A stretch of DNA of 64,000 nt from Candidatus Bathyarchaeia archaeon (GCA_049516875.1 JBEKSS010000003.1:1-64000); one strand, 5' to 3'. Positions 1 through 10,052 are shown, counted from the first letter of the stretch. The notes: generated from the letters alone by a model not told the origin. Translations and numbers: made by a program.

Positions 1-75
1 TACAGTAATGTATAATACAGTAATGTATAATACAGTAATGTATAATACAGTAATGTATAATACAGTAATGTATAA
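1..75. repeat. Perfect tandem repeat, 5 x TACAGTAATGTATAA (15 bp), possibly continuing beyond the window start
   Basis: Five identical units read directly, with no spacers. The array ends just before a TATA-like TTATAAGTA at 81-89. Confidence 0.95.
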
Positions 76-120
76 GATCATTATAAGTATTTCGTCCAGT
101 GAGACAACAACAATGAAAAG

Positions 121-1314
121 ATGATACAAATGCCAAATCCCTTCAAATATGGCACAATAGTAACAGGTGAGGACTTTGCGGATAGAAAAGAAGAGCTGCA
201 GCTGCTAACTAGAGAACTAACAAGTGGGCAGAACATACTTTTGTATTCACCTCGGCGATACGGAAAGAGTTCATTAATGATGATGGTGCTCAAAGAACTT
301 CAGAAACAGAATATCATCACTGCGCTCGTTGACTTATATGGTTGCCTTTCTCTCTCAGATTTCATAGGTAAGCTCGTAGAGAAGACTGTTGTCCCTGCTT
401 ATAGCACAGTAGACAGTATGATGATTTTTCTCAAATCTGCCCTTTCTGGTTTTGCGCCAGAGGTAACTGTGAACCCCGATGGAAGCGTAAAACTGAGTTA
501 CAGAAAGGAAGCGTCGCAAATAGCCGAGAAAGACTTGTCAGAGGTTTTGGATGCCTCCGAGAAACTGGCCAAGACAAAGAACAAACGTCTAGTAGTAGTA
601 TTCGATGAATTTCAAGAAATAGTAAATCTCGATGGCGCGCGGGTCGAGCATCTAATGCGAACCGTATTCCAGCATCACAAACTCGTCACATACGTGTTTA
701 TGGGGAGCAAACGTCATTTATTGGAGCAAATGTTCAATGATGCCAATAGACCATTCTACAAGTTTGCAAAGCCATTTCCTTTAGGCAAGATTCCAGTGAA
801 GGAATTTAGTAGTTTTATAAGAGCAAAGTTCGAAAAGACAAAGATCAGCATACATTCATCAATTGTCGACTCGATTCTGAAGTTTACGGAAGGACATCCC
901 TACTTTACCCAAGAGCTTTGTCACGAAATATGGAACTTGTCTTGTGATAAAGGGCATGTAGAAAAAGACGATATTGAGAGGGCCAAAACCGATATTCTGA
1001 GGATGCAAAATGATCTATTTGTGAGAATGTGGGATAAGATGACTATTCCTCAAAGAAAACTCTTGGTTGCGATAAGCGAAGAGCGCCAAATATCTGCGAT
1101 ATATTCAACTTCGTTTATAGAAAGATACGGATTGATCTCGTCTTCTCATGTGTTAAGATCTGTCAATCAACTAATGACTGAGGGGATAATTGAGAGGGCA
1201 AACGGAGATTATTCGATACCAGATATTTTCCTTAGGGAATGGGTGATTGCCAAAACTACTTCAGATGAATCGAGATTGCATAAGCCTAAGATAAGTGATA
1301 TTCCACACAGCTGA
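121..1314 (+). CDS. Archaeal P-loop ATPase (AAA/ATPase_2 type) with probable C-terminal winged helix
   Basis: N-terminal NPFKYG..V.GEDFADR, Walker A SPRRYGKSS, Walker B VVVFDEFQE, GHPYFTQ motif. Confidence 0.85.
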   Translation: MIQMPNPFKYGTIVTGEDFADRKEELQLLTRELTSGQNILLYSPRRYGKSSLMMMVLKELQKQNIITALVDLYGCLSLSDFIGKLVEKTVVPAYSTVDSMMIFLKSALSGFAPEVTVNPDGSVKLSYRKEASQIAEKDLSEVLDASEKLAKTKNKRLVVVFDEFQEIVNLDGARVEHLMRTVFQHHKLVTYVFMGSKRHLLEQMFNDANRPFYKFAKPFPLGKIPVKEFSSFIRAKFEKTKISIHSSIVDSILKFTEGHPYFTQELCHEIWNLSCDKGHVEKDDIERAKTDILRMQNDLFVRMWDKMTIPQRKLLVAISEERQISAIYSTSFIERYGLISSSHVLRSVNQLMTEGIIERANGDYSIPDIFLREWVIAKTTSDESRLHKPKISDIPHS

Positions 1315-1529
1315 TTTCCGCTTTGTATACTATTGCGAAGCCCACTCTTTTCAGATGGAACCACAATTCCTTGCTCCATGTGCGTACAGGCTGAACTCAC
1401 ACTCAGTGGCGAAATCCCGCAAATCCCCTCTTTTTCCATTAAATGGCCAAGTCATAGGTTTACAAAGAGGAATGCCTTACAGACGATATCTGAATATTCA
1501 GGGTTACAATAATATGTCAGGGGGAATGA

Positions 1530-2447
1530 CTTACGGTTAGAGCTAAAGTTTTCATAAGCTGTGGTCAACGAAGAGACACTGACGAAGTCGAGATTGCGCG
1601 CAGAATAGCCGAACGGCTTCAACAGGATGGATATGAACCATATATCGCTGTTGAAGAGCAGACATTGAAAGGCCTTAAGGAGAACATATTGGCTCAGCTT
1701 GCTTCTTCTGAGTATTTTCTTTTTATCGATTTTAAGAGAGAAAAGCTAGAGACATCTGAATTAAAACGAGGTTCACTTTTTTGTCATCAGGAATTGGCGA
1801 TTGCGTCGTTTCTTGATATGCCTCTGATAGCCTTTCAAGAAAATGGTGTGAAAAGAGAAGACGGTCTTCTGGGTTTCCTCCAGAGTAACAGTATAATGTT
1901 TGCTGACAAGCTTACCCTTCCAGATGTTGTTGCAGATACTGTCAGGGTGCGAGATTGGAATCCTAACTGGAAGAACACTCTAGTACTTGAGAGAGAGATG
2001 GGTCAGTTTACCGATGCGCGCCAATACCCGGTGGGAATTGATGCTCGGTTCTTTCACATAAAGGTGCGAAATCAAAACCCTTACAGGCAGGCAAGTAGCT
2101 GCTACGCTTATGTAAAAGCTATAGAGAACCTTGGAACTCACGCTGTGCTCGAACTTTCGGGGAAAAGTGTCGAATTGAAATGGGCGGGATATGTTCTTCC
2201 CAATGCTCTTATCTTACCCTCGTCTCATAGGTTTCTTGACGGAGTCATCGTGGATCACAATCGACCTACACGTGCACGATTTAACACATTCTCGGATTCC
2301 ACGGAATTCATGACTTTCGTCGATGGGCCTGGAGATTACGTCATAACCTATATAGTATGTTCCGAGAACTTTCCTTCTATAGAAGCAGATTTCTTTCTTC
2401 ACCTAGAGACTTCAATGGATGACGTCATCTTCGAAATAATGGATTAA
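1530..2447 (+). CDS. TIR/DUF4062-like domain protein; start codon disrupted or non-canonical
   Basis: The frame of ORF 1665-2447 is open back to 1530 and reads RAKVFISCGQ...IARRIAERLQQDGYEPYIA. SLFCHQELAIA resembles the TIR catalytic-Glu helix. The ATG at 1526 is 1 nt out of frame. Confidence 0.6.
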   Translation, partial: LTVRAKVFISCGQRRDTDEVEIARRIAERLQQDGYEPYIAVEEQTLKGLKENILAQLASSEYFLFIDFKREKLETSELKRGSLFCHQELAIASFLDMPLIAFQENGVKREDGLLGFLQSNSIMFADKLTLPDVVADTVRVRDWNPNWKNTLVLEREMGQFTDARQYPVGIDARFFHIKVRNQNPYRQASSCYAYVKAIENLGTHAVLELSGKSVELKWAGYVLPNALILPSSHRFLDGVIVDHNRPTRARFNTFSDSTEFMTFVDGPGDYVITYIVCSENFPSIEADFFLHLETSMDDVIFEIMD

Positions 2448-2551
2448 CGCGCGCCAGACTTTGGCTAACATATCTGTAGAGCACTTTGGCTTTGTACCCT
2501 CTGCGTGCGGTCAAAAACTATTTTTGTCGATCATTCACACATACTTGACAT

Positions 2552-3160
2552 ATGCTGACACAGGCAGATTTAGCCATCATAATTAGTTTGGTTAGTCTGG
2601 GTGTAACGATCATTAGTGTGCTTGTAAAGTACTCGGGACTAAGCCTACAAAAACGCTCAGGCAGAACCCAACACATGATCTCAGACTTGGACATAACTGC
2701 TGAGAAGCTCAGAAAAATGGTTGAGTCTTCACCAATAGCAAAGCATTCTGCGAATGACGCGTTGGACCGAGCCCTACGTCAGGAATACAAGAATAGGGGA
2801 ATTTCAGTCCCAGAAGGAAAGCCCAAAGGTGAAGTTGAAAACAGGTTCATATCTTCTGTGACCGAACTTAACCAACAATGCCAAGACTATAATCAGATTT
2901 TCCTCAATTTGAGAGAGAAGGGATTCTTCAATCGGATACTCAAGATTGACAACTCACTAGCATGGGAATTGCTAAATACATCATACAAAACTGAGGACTT
3001 CCTCAATCTGAAACTTATAGACCAGTTGAGCAAAGAGAACTCTACGGTTCTGTCGGATCCTGGGACTCTCGTTACAACTATGAATATCGCAGGGCAGATA
3101 CTTGACACTTCGAAACTTTGTATTCAGAAACTTGAAAAATTCCTTGATATCCAAAGATAG
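2552..3160 (+). CDS. Hypothetical protein with N-terminal transmembrane helix
   Basis: 202-aa ORF with hydrophobic N-terminus, followed by a T-rich tract. Confidence 0.65.
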   Translation: MLTQADLAIIISLVSLGVTIISVLVKYSGLSLQKRSGRTQHMISDLDITAEKLRKMVESSPIAKHSANDALDRALRQEYKNRGISVPEGKPKGEVENRFISSVTELNQQCQDYNQIFLNLREKGFFNRILKIDNSLAWELLNTSYKTEDFLNLKLIDQLSKENSTVLSDPGTLVTTMNIAGQILDTSKLCIQKLEKFLDIQR

Positions 3161-3187
3161 AGTCTTCTTTCGGCTTTGTTTTCTCTT

Positions 3188-3277
3188 TCAGAACAAGAAG
3201 TTTGCCAACTCATAGAAGCAGGCTTCGAATTCGTCTGTGACTATGAAGGCAACAAAGTCTTCCGAAAACGGAAGTGA
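3188..3277 (+). pseudogene. C-terminal tail remnant of a tyrosine integrase
   Basis: Reads SEQEVCQLIEAGFEFVCDYEGNKVFRKRK*, homologous to the integrase remnant tail at 15885-15975 (ETDVCALIDAGFDYVCDYEGHKVFRKRKY*). Confidence 0.8.
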
Positions 3278-3285
3278 ACCCTTAA

Positions 3286-3344
3286 AAGAAATCTCATAAG
3301 ACCGGGCTGGGTTCGTCTGTAGCGGGCGGGGTTGGATTTGCACC
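3286..3344 (-). mobile_element. att-like copy of the tRNA-Arg 3' end plus flank (direct repeat of 14629-14687)
   Basis: 53/59 nt identical to 14629-14687 by manual alignment; includes the acceptor strand and part of the T-arm. Confidence 0.9.
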
Positions 3345-3526
3345 TCAGACCAGGTGACGAAATCTCCGCAACTCCCATTCCCTTCGTGTTTAGGAGTGCT
3401 TGCCTTCCAACGAATCGTCACACAGGGTCAGGAGCTTCAAAAGAACTGGTAAGTGTTTTTTTACTAAAGGTTTCTTTAGAAAAAGGGCTTTTAGAACCTT
3501 GGCACACATTCTTAGAGGGGTAAATC

Positions 3527-4561
3527 TTGTCTGAGAAGGAAGAGGAAACATACTCAGTCATGTTTTCATCCTTGAAGCATGCAGTCAGAAGGAAGATTCT
3601 GAGAATCTTGGTGGCAAAGTCGTACACTTTCACAGAAATACTTCAGCAGATCAACATTGAGAGTGCACACTTAAGCTATCACCTTGAAAGCCTAGGGGAT
3701 CTGATTAAAAAGAATAATGGGAAATATGAGCTGTCAGATCTTGGTTACGCGGCAGCATCTCTGATGACCAGAGTTGAGGAACCCGAAAGATTGGTTACTC
3801 CATCTGTCCTCAAGACGCCACGTCGGCTTCAAACAGTTCGCATCTTCTCGGTAGCTCTGATAGTAATCGGTATTCTGCTGCTCGTGAACGGCGCTCTTGC
3901 CTTGCCTGCAGTTGACTACAGACAGACTCGAATTCAATCAGGTATGGATGCTGACTACTGGGTGTTTCAGCCGGAAAACTCGCCGACTAAGTTGGGTTTT
4001 CCATATAACTTGACGAGCTTTTCCGGTTGCTATTACCTAGGACCCGGACTTTACGGCATACAGATTGACCTTCAGATAAATGATTCTTTCCAGGCTTTTC
4101 CATTGCTGGTGAGAATTTGTACACCGAAAACAGGTTCAGAGACTACTGACTTGTGGAATCAATCTTGGTACGAATTCTCTCGTCCTACCTCCGTAAACCA
4201 ACCTCAACATGAAAGATTCGCAGTCACGTTTCTCGCATCTGAAGATTCGGCTCAGATAATCACGCAGGAAGACTTTGGACATGTTCATCCGTCACCGGGA
4301 AAAGTTATCGGAGAATTCAGACCAACAAATGCACAGGTCCTCATCAGAGTAGCGTCTGACATCGGAGATCGAAATGTCACCCTTTCAGGGGGAAGACCAG
4401 ACCAAGCTTTCGCGATAGAATGGTTCTATTCCCCACAGCCTCGAGATGACTGGAAGAATCTGTTCATGTTGTCAGGCTTGAGTTTGATAGTCCCAAACGC
4501 GGTCTTCGTCCTCACGTCCAAGATTCTTAGAAGCAGGAAAGAAGATGCGTATAGACGATAG
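3527..4561 (+). CDS. ArsR-like winged-helix protein fused to membrane and extracellular domains
   Basis: FSSLKHAVRRKILRIL...HLSYHLESL HTH; two hydrophobic segments flank a soluble domain. Confidence 0.75.
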   Translation: MSEKEEETYSVMFSSLKHAVRRKILRILVAKSYTFTEILQQINIESAHLSYHLESLGDLIKKNNGKYELSDLGYAAASLMTRVEEPERLVTPSVLKTPRRLQTVRIFSVALIVIGILLLVNGALALPAVDYRQTRIQSGMDADYWVFQPENSPTKLGFPYNLTSFSGCYYLGPGLYGIQIDLQINDSFQAFPLLVRICTPKTGSETTDLWNQSWYEFSRPTSVNQPQHERFAVTFLASEDSAQIITQEDFGHVHPSPGKVIGEFRPTNAQVLIRVASDIGDRNVTLSGGRPDQAFAIEWFYSPQPRDDWKNLFMLSGLSLIVPNAVFVLTSKILRSRKEDAYRR

Positions 4562-4579
4562 CCTGGCGACAGAACGCGC

Positions 4580-4685
4580 GGACAAAAGAAATGGGGAAAG
4601 GTTATGGACGGAAGCACCACAAATCATGATGGACTACCTGTTCTTGTCAACAGACACCGTGCGAGCGCGGGCGCTGATTCCGTGA
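4580..4685 (+). pseudogene. Decayed RimJ/RimL-type GNAT fragment
   Basis: GKGYG followed, after a frameshift, by TEAPQIMMDYLFLSTDTVR; begins just after ACGCGCG at 4574. Confidence 0.45.
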
Positions 4686-4763
4686 CCATATGGAAAAAGT
4701 GCTGCTGGAGTCAGTGAAAACGGCAAAGCTTAAATTGTCGCCGAATTTTTCAGACCTTAGAGG

Positions 4764-5135
4764 ATGAAACGTTTGGATGGTCTAAAAGGCCAGCATGCAG
4801 GATATTATCCTGAAGTCATAACACGATTGCCGGAAGCGAATATTCAGTTCAAAGGCGTAAGGGCTTGGATATTGCAGAGCGAGAAACATCAATTGATTTT
4901 CTTTGAAATGGAACCTTCTGCACGGGTGCCAGAGCATCGTCACGATTATGCTCAATGGGGAATTGTAGTAGATGGAAAAGTGGAGCTCACTATTAACGGC
5001 AAAACAAGAACCTGTGAGAAAGGAGATGAATACGTCATCCCTGCCCACGCAGAGCATTACGCGAGATTCTTGGCCAAGTCCAGAGTGATAGATTTCTTCT
5101 CCGAAAACAGCAGATACAAGGCTAAATCACCCTGA
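4764..5135 (+). CDS. Cupin-domain protein
   Basis: PEHRHDYAQWGIVVDG...GDEYVIPAHAEH cupin motifs. Confidence 0.85.
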   Translation: MKRLDGLKGQHAGYYPEVITRLPEANIQFKGVRAWILQSEKHQLIFFEMEPSARVPEHRHDYAQWGIVVDGKVELTINGKTRTCEKGDEYVIPAHAEHYARFLAKSRVIDFFSENSRYKAKSP

Positions 5136-5414
5136 CAGTCATCTTCAAAGGCCACTCACAAGACAGAGTGGTCGAATCTGCTCCGATGCATGGAAGCAAG
5201 ATTCGCACTGGCAACCTTGGAGCAATATCTTGTCCCCGAGTTCCTTTTCTGCGAGGACACGCGTGATTCCTGTTTGTTTTCCAGCAGGGACGCGGGAGAA
5301 CCTTTTCTTACGAGTCTGGCCGCGCGTTCACCATGCAGAGCCCCTTTGCTATTCCACTTGAAGGAAGGCGTGTCTGCGTCTTCTGTTTGCGATTATGCCA
5401 GTTTCAACGGACAT

Positions 5415-5783
5415 TCAACGGGCAGATTTGTCGGTTTGCATCATGCCCCAGACGTTTCCTTCAGGATCTTTGAAGTAGGCCATCCACCCGACTCCGGGAA
5501 CGGCTAGTTTCGGCCTGATGATCTTTCCTCCGTTTGCTTTGACTTTCTTTGTGTATTCATCGACTGAAGGCACGTCGATGGTGTTGACTGTTGACGGCTG
5601 AGCTTCCGTTCTTTTCGACAGTCCCCCATCTATGCCCTGTTCCTTTTCTTTTCCAGTCATTATCAACCAATAGTCTACGGGCCCCTTCCACTTCTCAATC
5701 TTCCAGCCAAACACCTTTTCATAGAAGGTTATGGCGTTCTCAGGCTTTTTGGCGTCTATTTCAAAATGAACAACTCTTGGCAA
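5415..5783 (-). CDS. VOC/glyoxalase family protein
   Basis: RVVHFEI...FYEKVFGW...GWMAYFKDPEGN; TTG start at 5783 inferred. Confidence 0.88.
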   Translation of the reverse strand: MPRVVHFEIDAKKPENAITFYEKVFGWKIEKWKGPVDYWLIMTGKEKEQGIDGGLSKRTEAQPSTVNTIDVPSVDEYTKKVKANGGKIIRPKLAVPGVGWMAYFKDPEGNVWGMMQTDKSAR

Positions 5784-5809
5784 CTTCAACACCTCAGTTG
5801 TGGAAAGGG

Positions 5810-6298
5810 TCAGGCTTGACCTTTGTATGTCGTGTAACTGGTGTATGGCGGCGGAATATCGTGTTGCCAGTAGATGCATAGTATTTCTCCGCGGTGATGT
5901 ATCTCCTCTTCAATCACATGCATTAGAATATCTTCGGTTTTGTTCCGATTGATGTTCCCGTCTCTTCCTTTGAATTCGAACACGCTCTGGAGCTTCTCAT
6001 CCGTGAGTTTCTCCAAATATTCACTTGTCTCAACCTCAACTTTATCAGCATATTCTTGAATGGAATTGACATCTGCATATTTAGTGAATGGAGCGTTGTA
6101 GATTCCTTCTATGCTTTTTCCGCTCAAACGTCTCATCCAGAGATGCTCGGCCTGCAGACTGTGAACGAATATGTCTCGGATAGAGTCAAAGCTGGCTCCG
6201 CAGCTTTCTACAACCGTTTTCCAGGGGATTTCTGCCATGCTTTTCAGGAATTTGCGGCGCGAATACCAATTATATCCAAACAGATCCTTGATGTTCAA
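5810..6298 (-). CDS. DinB family protein
   Basis: SIRDIFVH...HVIEEEIHHRGE His motifs. Confidence 0.85.
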   Translation of the reverse strand: MNIKDLFGYNWYSRRKFLKSMAEIPWKTVVESCGASFDSIRDIFVHSLQAEHLWMRRLSGKSIEGIYNAPFTKYADVNSIQEYADKVEVETSEYLEKLTDEKLQSVFEFKGRDGNINRNKTEDILMHVIEEEIHHRGEILCIYWQHDIPPPYTSYTTYKGQA

Positions 6299-6531
6299 AT
6301 ATATCTCCAGAAAAAGCGTAATGTTTTGCTTTCTAATAACGTTTGTTAGCCAATCATGTTTTTATGACAAGATGGATCCCTGAATCAACTATCTGTTATA
6401 CTCTCCCCTTTTCTCAAAGTCGATTAGTACGCGCTTTGCGGACTAGCGTTTGCGTTGTGGGATTTTGACCCTCGCGCGCAGTGGTTTCAGAGTTTCCTTA
6501 TACGACCGCTTTCCTGCTGGTAGCGCGCGCT

Positions 6532-7989
6532 CTAGAGTTTGAGGCCTTTTGCCACTCGTTTGCCAAACTCTGGATCAGCTTCAGTAAGGTTCTCGACCAT
6601 CCGTTTCTGAATAGCTTTCTCTGCGTGACTCAGCGAATCCACAATGTTATCAACCAGGTGGTCTTGATCCATTTTGCCTAGTGAGCGGTAGCGTTCGCCT
6701 GCTTGCTTGAAGTCGTTTGTCAAACTGATTTTCTGACGCACGATGTCTGCGTCAAGATGCTCGTGGGTCGTGCCAGTGGCCGGAGCTTCATGCGGCATTC
6801 CATCTGCTAGCGTGTTGGGTTCGTAGTTGACTGTTCCTCCACCGTAGGGCGCATACTGCATGGCGCCGTCGCGTTGATTGTTATTGACAGGTGCCTGTGG
6901 CCGATTGATTGGGAGTTGCAGATAATTAGCACCCAATCTGTGCCTTTGGGTATCTGCGTAGGAGAAGATTCTACCCTGCAGGAGCTTGTCAGCGGAGAAG
7001 TCGATGCCTGGAACAACAGAGGCTGGGCAGAAAGCTGCTTGCTCTGTTTCGGCGAAGAAGTTCTCGGGGTTGTGGTTCAACACCATCTTGCCCACGGATG
7101 TGAGGGGGAACTTGTCTTCTGGCCAGGTCTTTGTGGCGTCAAGCGGGTCGAAGTCCTGCTTCAACTCATCCGCGATTTCCATGATTTGAACGCACAATTC
7201 GTACTCAACTGTCTTTCCTGAAGCAATGGTTTCGTACAAGTCGCGAGTAGCAACGTCAGGGTCCTCACCAGCTAGGCGAGTGGCTTCGTGACGGTCTATT
7301 GTTTCTATTCCCGCTTTTGGCTTCCAATGATACTTGACGTAGACTGCTTTGCCCTTGGCGTTTACCCACTTGTACGTATTGACGCCAAATCCTTCCATTT
7401 TTCTGTAGCTCCTTACTGTCCCTCGGTCTGAGAAGAGCCAAGTGATCATGTGAGTCGATTCAGGAGCCAGCGAGATGAAGTCCCAAAAGCGACTGTTTGC
7501 CGACGAGCTTGTGGGGTAACCAGTGTCAGGGGCAGGCTTGAAGGCGTGCACCATATCAGGAAACTTGATGGCGTCTCGGATGAAAAAGACTGGCAAGTTG
7601 TTGCCTACCAAGTCATAGTTTCCGTCTTCAGTGTAAAACTTCACAGCAAAGCCCCTTGGATCGCGAGCCGTATCTGCAGATCCTCTTGAGCCCACAACTG
7701 TGGAGAAACGGACGAAGACAGGTGTTTTCTTCTTTGGGTCTTGAAGGAATTTTGCACACGTGTATTTTGCCATGCTCTTGTACACTTGGAAATATCCGTG
7801 TGCGCCGGCACCTTTCGCGTGCACCACACGCTCGGGAATACGCTCACGGTCAAAGTGTGCAAGCTTCTCAATCAAATGCACATCCTGCAGCAAAACAGGA
7901 CCGCGCTCGCCTGCGGAGAGCGAATTCTGGTTGTCAGAGACAGGAACACCCTGATTCGTCGTGAGATGTTTCTCTTTCATAACTTTCAC
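6532..7989 (-). CDS. katA: Monofunctional heme catalase
   Basis: FDRERIPERVVHAKG active-site motif and RIFSYADTQRHR heme-ligand motif. Confidence 0.95.
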   Translation of the reverse strand: MKVMKEKHLTTNQGVPVSDNQNSLSAGERGPVLLQDVHLIEKLAHFDRERIPERVVHAKGAGAHGYFQVYKSMAKYTCAKFLQDPKKKTPVFVRFSTVVGSRGSADTARDPRGFAVKFYTEDGNYDLVGNNLPVFFIRDAIKFPDMVHAFKPAPDTGYPTSSSANSRFWDFISLAPESTHMITWLFSDRGTVRSYRKMEGFGVNTYKWVNAKGKAVYVKYHWKPKAGIETIDRHEATRLAGEDPDVATRDLYETIASGKTVEYELCVQIMEIADELKQDFDPLDATKTWPEDKFPLTSVGKMVLNHNPENFFAETEQAAFCPASVVPGIDFSADKLLQGRIFSYADTQRHRLGANYLQLPINRPQAPVNNNQRDGAMQYAPYGGGTVNYEPNTLADGMPHEAPATGTTHEHLDADIVRQKISLTNDFKQAGERYRSLGKMDQDHLVDNIVDSLSHAEKAIQKRMVENLTEADPEFGKRVAKGLKL

Positions 7990-8040
7990 ATCCCTTTTCT
8001 GTTGTTTTGTAACGTCTTACGCTGTCAAAGACTAAAGGCT

Positions 8041-8067
8041 TATTTAAGATTTGTTATTATCTAATAA
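8041..8067. promoter_or_regulatory. TATA-like box plus AT-rich palindrome TTATTA-TC-TAATAA (putative Fur/PerR operator)
   Basis: The palindrome at 8054-8067 lies between the divergent catalase and Fur-family genes. Confidence 0.45.
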
Positions 8068-8072
8068 AAGGT

Positions 8073-8513
8073 ATGAGTCGCTTTCAGAAATCAGACGCAT
8101 TGATAATCGAAACTCTCCGAAAGAAAGGATACAAAGCCACTACGCAAAGAATAGCTATTTGTCGATTTGCCCTCCATAGCCGAGACCATCCGAGCGCGCA
8201 AAGAGTCTACGATGAAGTAAGGAGAGTTCATCCAACTGTCAGTCTTGCAACAGTCTACAAGACACTTCAGATTCTGACGAAACACGGCCTAGTCCAAGAA
8301 CTGGATTTGCCAGAAAGTCAGGCAAGATTCGATTCTTATGTGGAGCCTCACATTAACCTGATCTGCATGCGGTGTGGCAACATTCAAGATTTCGATGATA
8401 GTGCTGCTCGAGAAATGGTTGAGAGAGTGGCAGCCAAAGCAGAATTCACGCGGACGGGGCAACGCTTGGATATTTATGGCGTTTGCAAGACTTGCCGCAG
8501 CAGCAACAAATAG
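8073..8513 (+). CDS. Fur family regulator, PerR-like
   Basis: HPSA..VY, SLATVYKTL, two CxxC motifs; divergent from catalase. Confidence 0.9.
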   Translation: MSRFQKSDALIIETLRKKGYKATTQRIAICRFALHSRDHPSAQRVYDEVRRVHPTVSLATVYKTLQILTKHGLVQELDLPESQARFDSYVEPHINLICMRCGNIQDFDDSAAREMVERVAAKAEFTRTGQRLDIYGVCKTCRSSNK

Positions 8514-8998
8514 CACGCAGGTTAGAACCCAAAGAGGTTCAGACTTCTACCGTCCTACACCGAAAGAGCAAACGCGATACAAAGCTCCAAAAGCTTCCTG
8601 TCGCACATACCTTGCCACTAACCTGAAGACCTATCAAGACTGCCAAGGAAATCTTGTCGACCTACGTTCTCTTTGAAACCCCTCTTTTTTAGCGCGCTTT
8701 CCTTAGCAGCTTTCACAACTTTATTATCGTAGCAATGACTTCGGACTGTTGAGGTGATTTTGATGGGTGTGAAGCGCGCGCGAGAAGAGCCAGCATCATA
8801 TCCATTCTCATCCTATTCAGAAGCAGAGTTAGACTATTGGAACTCATTAGCATGTGATGTATTGTCTCCATTAGCATCATAATAATCTTCATTCTTCCTA
8901 TCCGCTCTCTGTTGCTTGTTCGAGTGTATGTTGCTTGACGTTGTTGTACATCGGAAAACGTATATTAACACTCAAGTCTCAGATGTATTGGGTTCATA

Positions 8999-9247
8999 AT
9001 GCTTAAACTCTACAACTTTCATTATTTGCAAAAAGATGGGATGTTGATAACGACCAAAAGACTTTGCGAACATTTTAGCGATGCTTTGGAATTAGCTCAA
9101 GATCTTGCTGATGAACATGAATGGAGACTAACGCATGTTGAGCAAGCAGCGATTATAGGATTGTCATTAAATACGCAGCCAGATCATGTTCAACCTCAAT
9201 TCATCAGTCATCCATACAAGAAGAACAATAAGAAGACGAGACTTTAG
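8999..9247 (+). CDS. Small hypothetical protein in an AT-rich, foreign-looking segment
   Basis: 82-aa ORF preceded by a TATA-like TATATTAA; no family recognised. Confidence 0.45.
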   Translation: MLKLYNFHYLQKDGMLITTKRLCEHFSDALELAQDLADEHEWRLTHVEQAAIIGLSLNTQPDHVQPQFISHPYKKNNKKTRL

Positions 9248-9520
9248 ATAAAGTTGCTTCAATAAAGCTTGCACATTTTCATGTTAATCTATCGTACGAT
9301 ATGACGCTGCACAAATGAAGTCGACAGATTAATCCGATCAGACAATGGCAGTTTGATGAATTAATGTGGCATCTAGGGCATCAACTTTCACCGTTAGATG
9401 TAAGTGATGTACTGAAGTGTGCTAGTTAAGAGAAAAAAGAGAGGGAAGAAAAAGCTAGTCATTGTCTAACTAGCTATCAACATTATGTCGAAAGTGCAGA
9501 ACAGAAAAACGCAATGAATC

Positions 9521-9982
9521 CTATTTTCCAGTTTTCAGTTTGAGATTAGCCATTGAATACAAGGCTCTCTTTGTCTCACGCAAAAGGTGAAGGTCTTTCT
9601 CCATTAGGAAAGCATCCACGTCTGCAAGTGCAACTTTTTTCAGATTATTGATTCTAGCCCAATCCACACATTTACCAACCAGCGAAGGAAGCTCATCTTT
9701 TTCCTCTTGTAGTGCTCGCCTTTGAGCAAGGAAATCTGCTCTTTGCATCTTTGACTGAACTTCGAAAGGCATTAGGAATTCTTGAACCCCCTTGCTTTCC
9801 CAGAAATGGCGAGAAGCAGAATCATAGTCAAGTCCTACTTCTGTTTGTTCCTTCTTTGTGAACTCAAAGATTTCCACAGCAAGCTCCTCAGATGTTCTCT
9901 TCTCTATCCAGTCTGGAACTTCTGCTTCCTCTCTGTGAAAAATCAATCCACCTCTCTCTATGCCCTCTTGTATCAGAGGCAT
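9521..9982 (-). CDS. Hypothetical protein
   Basis: 153-aa ORF with protein-like composition, co-oriented with 10053-10910. Confidence 0.55.
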   Translation of the reverse strand: MPLIQEGIERGGLIFHREEAEVPDWIEKRTSEELAVEIFEFTKKEQTEVGLDYDSASRHFWESKGVQEFLMPFEVQSKMQRADFLAQRRALQEEKDELPSLVGKCVDWARINNLKKVALADVDAFLMEKDLHLLRETKRALYSMANLKLKTGK

Positions 9983-10052
9983 TCCTCAGCTCTGAACATC
10001 ATGCATTCATTTCCCTTACAAGTCTCTCTTAGGAATGGACAGAAAGTATTGG

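Noticed and set aside
1-75. CRISPR array
   Set aside because: The units are contiguous 15-mers with no spacers, and there are no cas genes in the window.
630-2025. GCGCGC hits inside coding sequence (about 635, 1596, 2016; also 8194 and 61584) as junctions
   Set aside because: The reading frames and protein motifs continue through them and they lack the TA flank, so they are treated as background.
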